A stretch of 64,000 nucleotides of DNA from Amphiscolops sp. MND2022 (taxonomy: Eukaryota), in NCBI GenBank assembly GCA_964187785.1, contig OZ076409.1:91638001-91702000 (forward strand). The letters are read 5' to 3'. The notes under the pieces were generated by a model, which made no database searches, was not told where the DNA came from, and worked only from the letters and a program-made list of their open reading frames with translations. How positions within the stretch are numbered: position 1 is the first letter of the stretch; every line of letters begins with the position of its first letter. Positions 12,328 through 24,077 of the stretch are shown here, in pieces. Position numbers and translations under genes: made by a program.

Positions 12328-13393
12328 TTACACTTGCGATAAGCAAGTGTTATGGGAAAGTGTGGGTGCTTTTTTTCCGCGCGACATCTCTCTGATTTCA
12401 CGCGGCAACTCGCACGTTTCACGCGTTCGTGGTCTAGTGGTAAGATGCTTGCTTTTCAACCCAGAGATTTCGTGTTCGAACCCGTGGGTATGCGCTAATT
12501 TTTTTTACAAGTATTCCGAAGCAGAAGGTTCTGACTTTTTTCGGCACTATGAGACTTTTCGGCTTTGTGAGACTTTTTTTCGGCTTTGTGAGACTTTTTT
12601 TTCGAAATTTTTTAAATGTCCCCAAAGAGTTCTCCTTCAAGGAAAGTTTCAATTTGAAAATTGAAAGTTTCATTTTTTTTGATATTTTGCAAGAGAACGA
12701 ATGTTAAAAAATCCTAAAGGGTCCTTTTTTTCAGAATTTTCGGCACTATGAGACTGTTCAAAATTCTAATTTTTTTTCAAAAATTTTTTAGACTCCCTTA
12801 TTTTTTTCAAAATTTTTTTAATGTCCCCAAGGCGTCCTCCTTTCAATTTTTTGATACCTTGCAACAGAACGAATGTTATAAAATCCTAAAGGGTCCCTTT
12901 TTCACATTTTTCGGCACTTTGCGACTTAGCGGAAGCTTCAAAAAAATTCGGAAATTTTTTTTTCAATTTTTAGTTTTAAAAGACCGTTTTTTTAAAGACC
13001 GATCTTTTTTCTCTGCGACTTTTTTAAAATTTGTTTTCACCGAAGCCCCTGCTCAATTTTTACAAGAAACGAAACGTTTTGCGAGAGGACTTCTCAAGGC
13101 TTTGCGACTTACCGGAGACCATCAAAAATGTTTTCGAAAAATTTTGAATTTTTTTTCTTCTATTTTCTGTTTAAGGTTTTCCGTTGAGAAAGAATGGTTT
13201 TTTGCTGTTTTCAGTTGGGGAAGAATGGTTTTCGAGGCTTACGCGTATCCCTTCGGGTATTTTTTGGCGCTGTAAAATTGATGAAATTTTAATCTCCTTT
13301 TACCCTTGGTTTTCCGTATGATATTGCTTATTTGGTTTTCTTCAAAAGTTCGCAAGTGTTTGCGAAGCACGGCTTCGCCTCTGTGTTCAATTT
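12328..13393 (+). mobile_element. Helentron-type non-autonomous element (HINE family 1), complete
   Basis: 5' tt-ACACTTGCGA-taa-gcaagtgt (subTIR plus inverted repeat); 3' TCGCAAGTGT subTIR at 13350-13359 followed by gcgaagc-acg-gcttcgc stem-loop and T-rich end; internal short tandem repeat ggctttgtgagactttttt. Confidence 0.7.
12423..12497 (+). pseudogene. tRNA-derived segment (tRNA-Glu-like, TTC loop) inside HINE family 1
   Basis: A box tggtctagtgg, B box gttcgaacccg, tRNA-like length; stems imperfect. Confidence 0.5.
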
Positions 13394-13406
13394 CACGCAC
13401 TTCACA

Positions 13407-14797
13407 TGTCGTAATCATTGTCACTATTCTGAGAGTCTAAAGAATCTTCTCTACTATGACGTTTTTGATTGCTAAGATTCCTATCCGTTCTCGGGCGATT
13501 TCCCCAAGCTTTCCTTGTATTTTGTATTTCGAGGCAACTGTGTCGCCCACCATACGGTAGGTCCATTCTAGTCTTGGAACTCATTTCTGGTCCACCAAGA
13601 GTAATTTGAATTGACGAAGAATTGGTTCCGTGATTGCTTGTTCTATAGCCTAACGAATTTGAGACTTTTAGTCTACCTTAATCTCATTTACTTTGCTTGA
13701 AACTTGACTAACAATTTACTTGTTTTTCTTTCTCACTGTTTCTGCGGTGATGTCGCTGCTTTCTCTACTAGTGGTGTTCAATAGTGTTCTGAAATCCTCA
13801 CTATTTGGATTAGCTTGATTCTGTAACCCGCTGGACCTATAAAGTCCACATTTTCTTCATTTTCACTCAGTTGGCTTTCCGCCTCATTTCTATAATAACT
13901 TCCTAACATAACATCCAAGTTTTGCCAACTGGACCTTGCGTCTGACTGTCTGGAGGGCTTTTCTTTGGCCCTTTGCTTCCGTGTTGAAGGCATTGAAGAG
14001 ATATTTGTTCTCTGAACATTCAAAAACTGAGAGGTATTATCTCAACAAAGGCGTAGTATTATACAGGAAGTCAATGTAATGGCAAGTAACAATGCTGTTT
14101 GTTTTGAAATAGAAATTAGGTTCGCGTTTGAGATTATTCAGAGATTTCTGATACGCCTTTATTCGACAGTCCACTATATATTAACTATACCTTGACGGTT
14201 ATCTAGACATAACGTAAACGTAACTTTGCATCATTCAAACCAGGTACATATATTGGGACACTTCACCTCACAAATTACAAGTAGGTACCATTCCAATACA
14301 CATTAGCATCAGTATTGTACCTCATGCAATCAATCAAAATAAGAATGGTAGCGTAAAGGACGTTACGTCCTTCCAGCTTGTGTGAATGTACACTTGCCGC
14401 AATATTATAAGCCAATACTGGAATCTATTTGGTTAAAGCAAAATCGGACAACGCGTCCACCGGGCAATGGTAGAGTATTAGTTGACCGCGTGTCTTTTCT
14501 GTTTCACACTTGTTACCATTGCATTCAGTCTTACAGTTTATTCAATTCTCATTCAAATAACATCGTATTAATTTTACATTTCAACCATAGTGTGAATAGA
14601 ACAGGCGCAGAAAACAATGAATGAACAAAATAGTTTGAATGAAGTTTCTATTAAGTTCCACTTCATGTACTCTGCTGTGGCCCATTTGACGTACGTTCCT
14701 TGAATCTTGTTTTGGTAGCACACCAGGTGGGGGTTAGAACTAACTCCTTCTGCAGAGATTTTGTAGAAGTTACCGTCGCAAGCCGGAGCTTGCGACA
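13407..14797 (-). mobile_element. Solo LTR of a third subfamily of the Gypsy family (1391 bp)
   Basis: Termini TGTCGCAAGC...GATTACGACA; flanks TCACA/CCACA (4/5 TSD). Starts with the SQAPACDG ORF-X tail and ends with a decayed gag N-terminus (MPSTRKQ...NLDVMLG...NDYD), the same layout as the LTRs of A and B. Confidence 0.8.
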
Positions 14798-14998
14798 CCA
14801 CATAAGAACGTGTGTTTTACAAACCTTCGCTTGTTGAACCAATTTGAACGTTTCTGGTGAAAAAATATGAGCTGAAAAGCCTTTTTGTATTGGAAATACT
14901 TTTGGTTGATGAGATTGTATCTTTGATAGTTTCCAATTTGTCTTGAGTTGGCGTTTACATCTCAAACAACTACGTTTAGTCGGTGCTTTTCATCAAGT

Positions 14999-16074
14999 AA
15001 CAAGACGGGAACGTCCCAAGTCGGCGCCATATCTAAGGCTAATAAATTTTCACTGAAAAACTATTGGAAACATTTGGAAAAAAAAATTCAAAAAAAGTAT
15101 TTTTGGAAAAAAAATCCAAAAAGAGTATTTTTTAAATAAAAAAGTCGGACAATGCCGAAAAACTCAAAAGAGGCCATTCAGGCTCATTCAACGTTTTTAC
15201 AAACCGAAAACCACAAAAAAATGCAAGGGGGTACCCTTTGACAGAATTCGAAAATTTTCGAAAAAAAGTCGCATATTGCCGAAAAAAACCCAAAGGGGAG
15301 ACCCTTTGTTCTCGCCTCTACTTTTGGAAGCCTAAAAAAAGTGTGGCTTAGTGCAAGAATCGAGCCCGCGATCTCCTGCTTCTCAGAAAATCAGTTGAAC
15401 AAATGAACAAAAGATTGTAAAAAAAAGTGGACCATTCAGAATGAGGTTGTCAGCTGAAAAAAAAATGAAGTCGGCGCTACATCTAAGGCTCAAAAAAGCG
15501 CAATTTTTTAAATTTGGTAAAAGGGGGACCCTTTCGACTTTTTGAAAATCCAGTCTGTTGCAAAATATCAAAAAAGTTGAGGGGGGACCCTTTGGAGACA
15601 CTTAAAAAATATAAAAATATTTGGAAAAATTATCGAAAAAAAAACGAAAAATGAGATTTTTGAAACAGTCTCATAGTGCCGAAAAACTAGAAAGGGTGGA
15701 CCCTTTGGCCTTTTTGAAACTTCAGTTTGCTGCAAAATATCAAAAAACATGAAGGGGGGACCCTTTGGCGACAAAAAAATCGAAAAAAGTCGCACATTGC
15801 CGAAAAAAATTTGAAGGAGTCGCACAGTGCCGAAAAAAATTCAAGGAGTCGCACAGTGCCGAAAAAATTGCTCGAAAAAGTTTCTGGCTAAAGCAAGGAC
15901 TCGAACCCGTGACCGCTGGGTTCACCGTAAACCGAGCACTGACGAGTACATGTGAGCGAGAGTGAAGTCTGTAAAAAATGGTACATACGCGATGAGGTCT
16001 GTGGTCTGACGAAAAAAAAAAACTAGCCACTGTAAGAGTCGGGCACTTTTCCCTAGAAAAGCGCCGACTAAAAA
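14999..16074 (-). mobile_element. HINE family 3 copy (possibly two nested/tandem units)
   Basis: 3' end aacaagacgggaacgtcccaagtcggcgcc at 14999; 5' hairpin end at ~16037-16074; ~29-bp tandem gtcgcacagtgccgaaaaaaat at ~15789-15870; B-box-like segments at ~15350 and ~15895. Confidence 0.6.
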
Positions 16075-16640
16075 GGGCCTCCTATTACAGTGACTAGTTT
16101 GTTTCGTTTTCTCTTTGTCAGTCTCACTCTGTCTAGTCCACTTTTTGTGCACTGTATTTATTGCATCCAAAGCCTCTAAGATGAAATACAAAACCTTTTC
16201 AAAGCAGAAGGACCCTTTCAACTTTTGTTGGTTTTATGAGAGTTCCCCGTTTTTTCGGCTTTGTTAGACTTTTCTGATTTTTTGTCTCCAAAGGGTCCCC
16301 CTTCAACCTTTTTGACTTTTTGCAGCAGAATGGATGCTAAAAATCCTTGAGGGTCCTCCTTTTTTAGACTTTTCGAGACCATGAGATTGTTCAAAATTCT
16401 CATTTTCCGTCTGGTATTAAGTTTTCTAGATATTTTATCTACCAATAATTTTTATTTTCTACCAAAAAAGCGCTCGAATTTGTATCAGTCTGCTATATCC
16501 AATGTTCTGCAGCGTTTTCCTTCAGGTGTTTCGAAACTTTCTTGTGAGTTTCTCATAAAAAACGTTCTGGGAATATTTTAAAAACTTTGCGCTTGCTGAG
16601 CCTAGGTATAGCGCCGACTTTAGATGTTCCCGTTCTGTTG
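16075..16640 (+). mobile_element. Partial HINE family 3 copy, head-to-head with the previous one
   Basis: Ends in tatagcgccgactttagatgttcccgttctgtt; shares internal motifs with other copies. Confidence 0.55.
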
Positions 16641-17035
16641 CGGTATTGTTTCGAATTTGGCATCGACTGATGTGTCAAATTTCGCTTCCGCAAAGAGGAG
16701 AAACGATTTAACTCAAATGAGGGGTTTTGATGACTATTAACATTAAAGCAGAAAAGGAAGTTGTCGAAAATTGATTGACTTCAAAATTCCAAAAAGGAAA
16801 CTAACGAAATTGAGTGTAACACTGGCGAGAAACGAACTACTCTTTACCAGAATCGCGGAATAAATTGAAACCAAGGACCTTTTGCAGTAATCCACACATA
16901 TCAGTTGTAAAAGAAACCTTTAAAGTCAAATAACCGATAATATTTATAAAGAAATTCTTTGCAGGCATTGAATTTTTTGCCGGAGCCATTTTCCAAGCAA
17001 AGTGAAAGAAAAACCAGTGCCGCATGTGCAGTTAA

Positions 17036-17305
17036 GGAGTCGGAAACGAATTAAAATATTGAAAACCAAATTACGTACTTTATTGTCATTTGGTCATTTT
17101 TGGACTAATTTTGGCTATGTTTCTCAGATCCCAATTATACGATTTTGATGTGATTGCACACGCAGTAGCAGTTTGGGTGCCGGATGATCGTGTGTTAAAT
17201 AATATAAAAATTGTATGGACAGTTTTTGAGAAATTTCAAATTTTCATGGAAAGGTCGGGAAAAGAAAGTACGAGTACGCAAGTAGTCGAAAATTTTTCCG
17301 ACTCC
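17036..17305. mobile_element. MITE, Kolobok-like
   Basis: 11-bp TIR ggagtcggaaa/tttccgactcc, flanked by TTAA and TAAA. Confidence 0.55.
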
Positions 17306-17514
17306 TAAAAATAGTCAAAAGTCGTGTTCAGAAACGGGATTTTTGGGGAATCATTTTTGCGCAAGTTAAATTGAAAACATTTTCCAGTATTCACTTGATT
17401 CGGCTTTTAAATGGGCTACTTTCCTCGCATATACCATTGGTATTTTCCTTCCGATAAGTGTCTTGCTATAATTGCCGCGTACAGCCGTGTTTGATTTAAT
17501 CTTGTGTGTTTCAG

Positions 17515-17665
17515 ACCTACGATTTTTGCGACCTGAGCGTTGACTGGTGTTTCACCAGTACCATGGCAGTCTGGATGAAGGCTTTCAGTTACCTGTTATC
17601 CCTGGACCTTGCTTACCTCTATGCCAGGATATCCATCTACTACAGAGCCCCTTTAATACTCACAG
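17515..17665 (+). CDS. TMEM8/myomaker-like protein, exon 2
   Basis: gtgtttcag acceptor; TYDFCDLSVDWCF...LYARI (compare family YHACD...C...MARL); GTACAA donor; phase 0 in, phase 1 out. Confidence 0.7.
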
Positions 17666-18670
17666 GTACAATTCAGTTGCTTCTCTAGCCTATGTATCGC
17701 GTTACATGAAACAAAAGTACAGCAGCGTTAAAAAAATATCGCAACTCCTTTGCTTAAAATGGCAAAATTCCCACACAAATATCTGTCACAGATTTACAAA
17801 ATTTGTCAGCTACAAGTTCCCAAGAATTTTGTTCGAATATCTTTAAAGACTATTACAATTTTTCATATTCGTGACAGTTTTTAAGACATTTGGTTTTAAA
17901 TGTTGCTGTTTTGACCGTACGTTTCAACTTTTACCCGATTGTGCTCTATATTTGCGTAGGAATTATCTCGAATCAAGTAAATTCCGACAAAAAAAGTATC
18001 AGTTTTCCATGTTAAGATTGCCGGATCATGAAAGCTTTCTTTCTTACCTTGTAAGTTCTGGAGTAAAAATGGAAACTTGCTAAAGAAAATCCAATGCATT
18101 TTCCTCCAAAACAATTAGTATGTGAATCGTCATAGTTTGAACATAAAGGCCCACAATTGCTGGCTACGCCTAGTGTGACATTATTCTTTCAAGCTTTTGG
18201 TGGAAGCTCCAAATTAGAATCTGTTTGGTTCTCATTACAACTTGTAATTTGAAATAATGCTTTCACTTGATTTGGTGCATACCAGAGCCTGGACCAGCTA
18301 AAGTTTGAATCGATTAATCGTTTGAAATAATAAGCGTCACATTCATTTACAATGGAAAAATATTTTGAACCACAATTTGTTGCGATGAATCGTTAAGCTG
18401 AAAGTCAATCGAGTGATTTTTCATTACAAAAAGTAGCTGCTGTGAACTTTCAACTCGACCAAAAAGTGTTCAAAATTCTTTCCAAATCAGCAGTGGTAGC
18501 ATTTATCTGTGCATCAATTTGTTTTTAGGCCATTTCGGAGAACATCCATTCATCAGTTGGGCTCAGGTCTAACTGTGAGCTTCTTTTCCCTTAAACCGGT
18601 TTTTAGATTTTTCAGTCGATAAAGAATCAACCGGTTAATTGGTCCTGGCTCGTATACATTTTGATGACAT

Positions 18671-19747
18671 CCCGGGTCGACTCTCCATGGATATCTTAGT
18701 AAGATCTTGGCAAGATCTTGCTAAGATCTTGGACAAATCTTAGCTAAGATCGTGACAAGATATTGCCAAGAATTGCAAGATGCCATGGTAAGATCTTATC
18801 AAGAGAGCCATGTTTCCAAGAAAAATCTTGCTAAGAAGCCCAATATGGCAAGAAAAATCTTACTAAGAAGCCCAATATGGCAAGAAAAATCTAACTGAGA
18901 AGCCGAATATGGCAAGAAAAAAATTGCTACGAACTGCTCGATCTCGAGAAAAAGTAGAATCAGAAAACCATTAAATTAAGAGTTATGGAAAAATAATATA
19001 GACATCACTCAAAACAAAATTACTGAATGATTTTTACAACCATTTTGATATCGATATTGTTCTTTCACTTGCAAAACTGTCGCCAACAACGGCGTCAGGA
19101 AAGCCTTGACTGAATCATTACCCAAATTAGAGCAATGACGGCCGTTTCTAGCAGTAATAAGGCTGCTGAAACAGGCTCAAAGAAAGCTGGAAATATGACT
19201 TTTACAAATTTCAGGATTTTGAGGTCTTTCCTTTGTAACTTTCCGATAGTGGGTCTGGACGTTTGAGAGCATATTTCTCCGCCTCTGGAATCGACAGGTG
19301 TGATAAATTACAAGTTTTGGAAAGCCCTTGAAATGACCTTTCACTTGGTACATTCGCATTTCTAAGTCCTAAACAGGTGAGCAGTTATTAGGATTCTCGT
19401 CAAAACTTTGGAAGCCAGACTACGTTATCGTAATTTTTCACGCATTTTTGCATGCAAAATTTTTTGAGCAGGTTTAAGCATTTTGATTATGAAAATGAGT
19501 AGAAATAGTCGTTGTTGGGTGAAATGAGCCTTTAGATTGAGTCTCTACTGCTTGAACCGAAGGTATAGTGTTTTTTATAATCTTAAAATTTTGTCCATCG
19601 TGATAAGATACGATCTTGGAATAAGTATTATCTTAGTAAGATCTTAATAAGAATCTTGCCATGGGATCCATGGTTGCCAAGATGTAGTAAGAATTTGGCA
19701 AGATCTTGCCAAGACAGCCAAGATGCTAGTAAGAGGGTCAACCCGGG
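18671..19747. mobile_element. Non-autonomous TIR DNA transposon (CMC/EnSpm-like) with subterminal tandem repeats
   Basis: TIR cccgggtcgactctc / gagggtcaacccggg; AT on both sides (possible 2-bp TSD); ~11-bp aagatcttg repeats at both ends; ~31-bp caagaaaaatcttgctaagaagcccaatatgg three times at ~18817-18920. Confidence 0.65.
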
Positions 19748-19963
19748 ATTGATTTCAGTTGGAATAAAATATGTTTATCCTCAATTGATAGCGATCTCAC
19801 TTTAGAGGGTGAAACTACAAAAGGTTCAACGAAGGATGGCATTCGGATCTTCGGATACCTTATACCACTTTCTATTCCAAAAATATTGCAATTCTACACA
19901 AGATATTTATGCTCCAATTTCTTTGATAGCCTGCATGAAATGATTCTCAACGTTCTGTTTTAG

Positions 19964-20082
19964 AAGTGACATTTTTGGCGTTCCTCTACCAAGCACTAGT
20001 GTTCGACAGAAGCGTAGTCCACGTAGCTTTCATTGACGGAGCAGTGCTCATCATTGCATCAATGACCATCATAGAAACTTAT
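19964..20082 (+). CDS. TMEM8/myomaker-like protein, exon 3
   Basis: ttctgttttag acceptor in phase 1; EVTFLAFLYQALVFDRSVVHVAFIDGAVLIIASMTIIETY includes the family DR motif; GTTAGC donor in phase 0 (3' boundary less certain). Confidence 0.65.
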
Positions 20083-20274
20083 GTTAGCCTCACTTCTTAC
20101 TGCTTACTCAGAATCGAAAAAAATCAAGGTACATTTATTATGGTTTGGTAAAACGTGACAGTAACGTAGAATTGAGAAAGAGGGAACAAGATCGAATACC
20201 GAAAGAAACCAACGGAAGATTTGGAAGGTTTGAGGTTTCTGACTAATGACGTGAACAGCCGATAGACATGTATT

Positions 20275-22120
20275 TTAGTGGGCGCTTTATTCTTTTAAGG
20301 AAAAATGCCCGACTATAGCAGTGAATTTTTTTTCCTCAGACTACAATCCTCACACTGATCGGTCCACTTTTTAGAAACAATCCTGAAACCACCTAAGGCG
20401 CCAAGTCCGGCCAAGGGGCCAAGGCAAACTTAGTGCAAAGGGTCCCCTCTTTCGTTTTTTACTTTTTCAAGGTAACCTACAAAACCGGACGGGGCTAAAG
20501 AATCCCCCTTTCGATTTTTTTCGGCACTGTGCCACTTTTTTTTCGAATTTTCTTTTGTCTCCAAAGGGTCCCTCCTTTCATTTTTTTACTTTTTTAACGT
20601 AACCTTCAAAACCGGCCGAGACTAAAGGGTCCCCCCTTTCGATTTTTTTTTCGGCACTGTGGGACTTTTTTTCGAAAATTTTTTAATGTCCCCAAACGGT
20701 CCTTAGAGTTTTTTGTTATTTTGCAACAGAATGCATGTTTATAAATCAAAAAGGGTTCCCTCTTTTCATTTTTCGGCACTATGCGACATTTTTCGAAAGA
20801 AAAAAGTACGAAGTCTTTTTTTCAAAAAAAAACTTTTTTTTGTTCCCAGTCGGGGAAAAAGTGGTTTCCCAGAAATATCGAGCATGAAAGGCACACTTTG
20901 GGTGTCTCGAAACTGTTTTCAAAACTTTTCATGAATGCGTACTGGGCATATTTAAACAACTTTGCGCTTTTTGAGCCTTAGATATAGCGCCGACTTTAGA
21001 CGTTCCCGTCTTGTTAGTCGGCGCCGTTTCCCTTAAGGAGAAAAGCCCGACTATTACAGTGGGTAGTTTTTTTTCTTTTTCAGCTTACAATCTCACTCTG
21101 AATGGTCCACTTTTTACAATTTGTTCATCTGTTCTGTTGTTCATCTTCGACTAAATTTCTGAAGCCGGAGAGCGGGGGTTCGATTCTCGCACTAAACCAT
21201 AATATTTTTATGCTTCCAAAAGTACAGCAGGTGAGACCAAAGGCCCCCCCCCTTTGGGTTTTTTCGACACTCTGCGACTTTTTTCGAAAATTTTCGAAAA
21301 TCATCAAAGGGTACCCCTTGCATTTTTTTGAAGTTTTCGGTTTGTAAAAAACGTTTAATGGGCCTAAATGACCTCTTTTTGGGTTTTTCGGCACTGTGCG
21401 ACTTTAACCGAATACTTTTTAAAAATATATATATTTTTGTTCAAATGCTTCCAATAGTTGTTTTCGGCTTAGTGAGCCTTTTTCGCAAATTTTTCAAATG
21501 TCTCCAAAGGGTCCCCTTTCATTTTTTCCTATTTTTCCAAAGAATGGATGTTCAAAAACTCCCAAATGCCCCTTTTTACATGTAGGCACTGTGCGACTTA
21601 CCGAGGACCAAAAAAAATCAAAAAATTTTTCATTTTTCTTCTATTTTTTCCTCACGTGGGTTTTGTAGAAGAGAATACCTGACACATTGAAGTCCTTTTG
21701 CTATTTTTGAGCCTTAGATATGGCGCCGACTTGGGCCGTCCCCGGCTTGTTTTTTCTTTTTTTGTCAGACTAAAGAGCTCACCCTGTACCAATGTACCAC
21801 TTTTTGTGAATTATGCACTTTTACCATAAGTACTTAGTGCTTCATTTCGAACGCATCCAAAGCCTCTAACATGAAATACAAAACCATTCCAAAGCAGAGG
21901 GGCCCTTTCAAATTTTTTTGGGACTATGAGACTTCCCCGCTCCTTTTTTGGCTTTGAGAGACTTTTTTTCGAAAATTTTTCATTGTCTCCCTCTACGATT
22001 TTTTGATATTTTGCCACTGAATGGATGTTGAAAAAGCCTAAAGCCCCCCTTACAATTTTGATAAGTTTGCGCTTTTTGAGCTTTAGATATAGCGCAGACG
22101 TTAGATGTTCCCGTCTTGTT
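20275..22120 (+). mobile_element. Head-to-tail run of three HINE family 3 units (20275-21015, 21014-21751, ~21752-22120 partial)
   Basis: Repeated 3' ends gcgccgact...cccgtcttgtt; junction cccgtcttgTTagtcggcgcc shares a TT; B-box-like ggttcgattctcgc at ~21177. Confidence 0.6.
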
Positions 22121-22212
22121 TTACTCTAATGGTGACGCTAAATCGGTCAATGATACTTTTCGTAGTGTCGTATCGATACCGTCCAATATTGCAACCCATG
22201 AGTAAATTCATC

Positions 22213-24077
22213 TGTCGTAAGCACGTAAGTTAGGCTGACTACCATTTTGGTAATCAAAGCGCTGCTCACTTCTATTGCTTTTCTTGGCTTTCTCACCATA
22301 GGTCTCTTCGGAGTTCACTTGCGGTCTCTCGGACGGAACGTTCCATTTATTTAGTGTCGATTGTCCCGATCCGGCATTTAGGACAGATTGGATTTGCGGT
22401 AAAATTTGACCACTGATCGCATCATTGATTACCCTCTGGATCTGGGTATTAACACTACTCATCATATCATCAAGTTCCCCAGACAATCTCGAATTCAACT
22501 CACTTGACAACCTGTTCATCTCGGCACTTGAATTGTCTCCTGTTGAATTTTGGCCATTATTGGCACTAGTACCGGGGTCGAAACTACCTGTTTCCAGGTA
22601 ATTATTTTCACCATTGTTTTCAAATTCATCTCTTGAGACGCTTCTTGGTCCCCTAGCCTGATTACTATTGACGCTCTCATCTCTTACATTCCTGCTATAA
22701 TGGTTTTCACCAAGCATGATGTCTAAATTTTCTATATCCGAGAACATCTCTATTCCTCTCTATTTCCTCGCTTTCTTTTGTTTCCTAGTCACAGGCATCA
22801 AGACAGAACCGGGTCAAATAGTTCAATTATTTAAACCGGAAAACTAGTTGAGAATCGTTATATCAATTCAATCTTTATCAAAGCAGAGATGTGAATCTAT
22901 GACTTTTCCTCTCGAAACATGGGTATATATACTCTCAAAAGGTGACAGCCACATTCCACAGATTCTTTGATTAGGAGAATATTACATGATCGCGGCCTTA
23001 AGAGGTCACGAGAAAAACATCATCATTATTACTAGTGAAGTTATCAACACTTCAAAGCACATATTTGAGTGAAACCCCAATCGGGTAAATTCCCGACATT
23101 CAGGTAATTTCTGAGAATCCAACATCAAATAAATAGCACTTCGGTAGGTACACAGACCGCACCTCTGAGTATTGTTTTATGAAAACATCATCACCATTAT
23201 CTTGTCAACAAATACCAATACTCACTGAAGGAATGTGAGAGGCATCCCTTTTGGAATGTCATTGTGACACGCGTTGCCACGTGTTTATTGTTTAACACAG
23301 GTTGAAACAAAATCAAATATTACATGATCAGCTTGTTTGAAATAGTACTACACTATCAAAATAACACACTTTTTATCAAAGCCGAAAATGGACAAATCCG
23401 GTTTATTGTTCCAGCATCGTAATAAAGGAGGGCAAAGGCCTTATTCGGCCTTTAAAATAGCACTAGGTCTACTAGGTTCATTGATCGGGGTGGAGGCTTT
23501 CATTCAACATTAGGGATACATTTATAGCAATTTCCGATTAATATGGTTAATTACACGAGTATACATTTCACTTCATCTAGGTGGCCGGAATCGGCCATTT
23601 GACTAAAGCGTGTAGTGAAGTATATATATTGAGTCAATTGGCCGTACTCGGCCACTACACAATCAAAGCAGTACTAATATAGCAAAGAGAAGCGATGTGA
23701 TTGGCTAAAATGCTGAGCTCAAGTGACGTCTCCGGAATAAGAGTTTCGTTCACTTGAACTCGTTTCCTTTACGCTATACAGCTACATTGTCACGTATTAC
23801 GTTTACAATTGCAAAGTGCCTTTCAGTCTTTGAAACCACAACAATATTATTTGGACCTTCAAATGTAACTTTTAACAGACTAATTTTACATGTGCAAGTA
23901 TATATATTAAAGCTAGCAACATCAACAAACATAATATGTATTGTATAACAAAATGACGTAGAAGTCCTAAATTTAAAGTTTAGCCCGATCTTTAGATGGG
24001 TAGTGTTCCGGGTACAAACTCCTGTCCGTTCGCAGACGTAGTCACTGTCGTACGGTCACAGGCGGCAGCCTGCGACA
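22213..24077 (-). repeat. 3' LTR of element A
   Basis: Direct repeat of 36371-38235; contains the ORF-X C-terminus and a duplicate of the gag N-terminus (ORF 22208-22747). Confidence 0.95.

Noticed and set aside
12423..12497. Functional tRNA-Glu gene
   Set aside because: Imperfect stems and position inside a dispersed repeat.
12748..13275. 175-aa Phe/Lys-rich ORF (and similar ORFs at 15383-16030, 20713-21585, 60237-60682)
   Set aside because: Spurious translations of low-complexity HINE sequence.
14999..16640. A single foldback element with ~45-bp TIRs
   Set aside because: Better explained as two head-to-head HINE family 3 copies; no TSD seen.
18697..18920. Short tandem repeats as a CRISPR array
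   Set aside because: No unique spacers, eukaryotic context; they are subterminal repeats of a TIR element.
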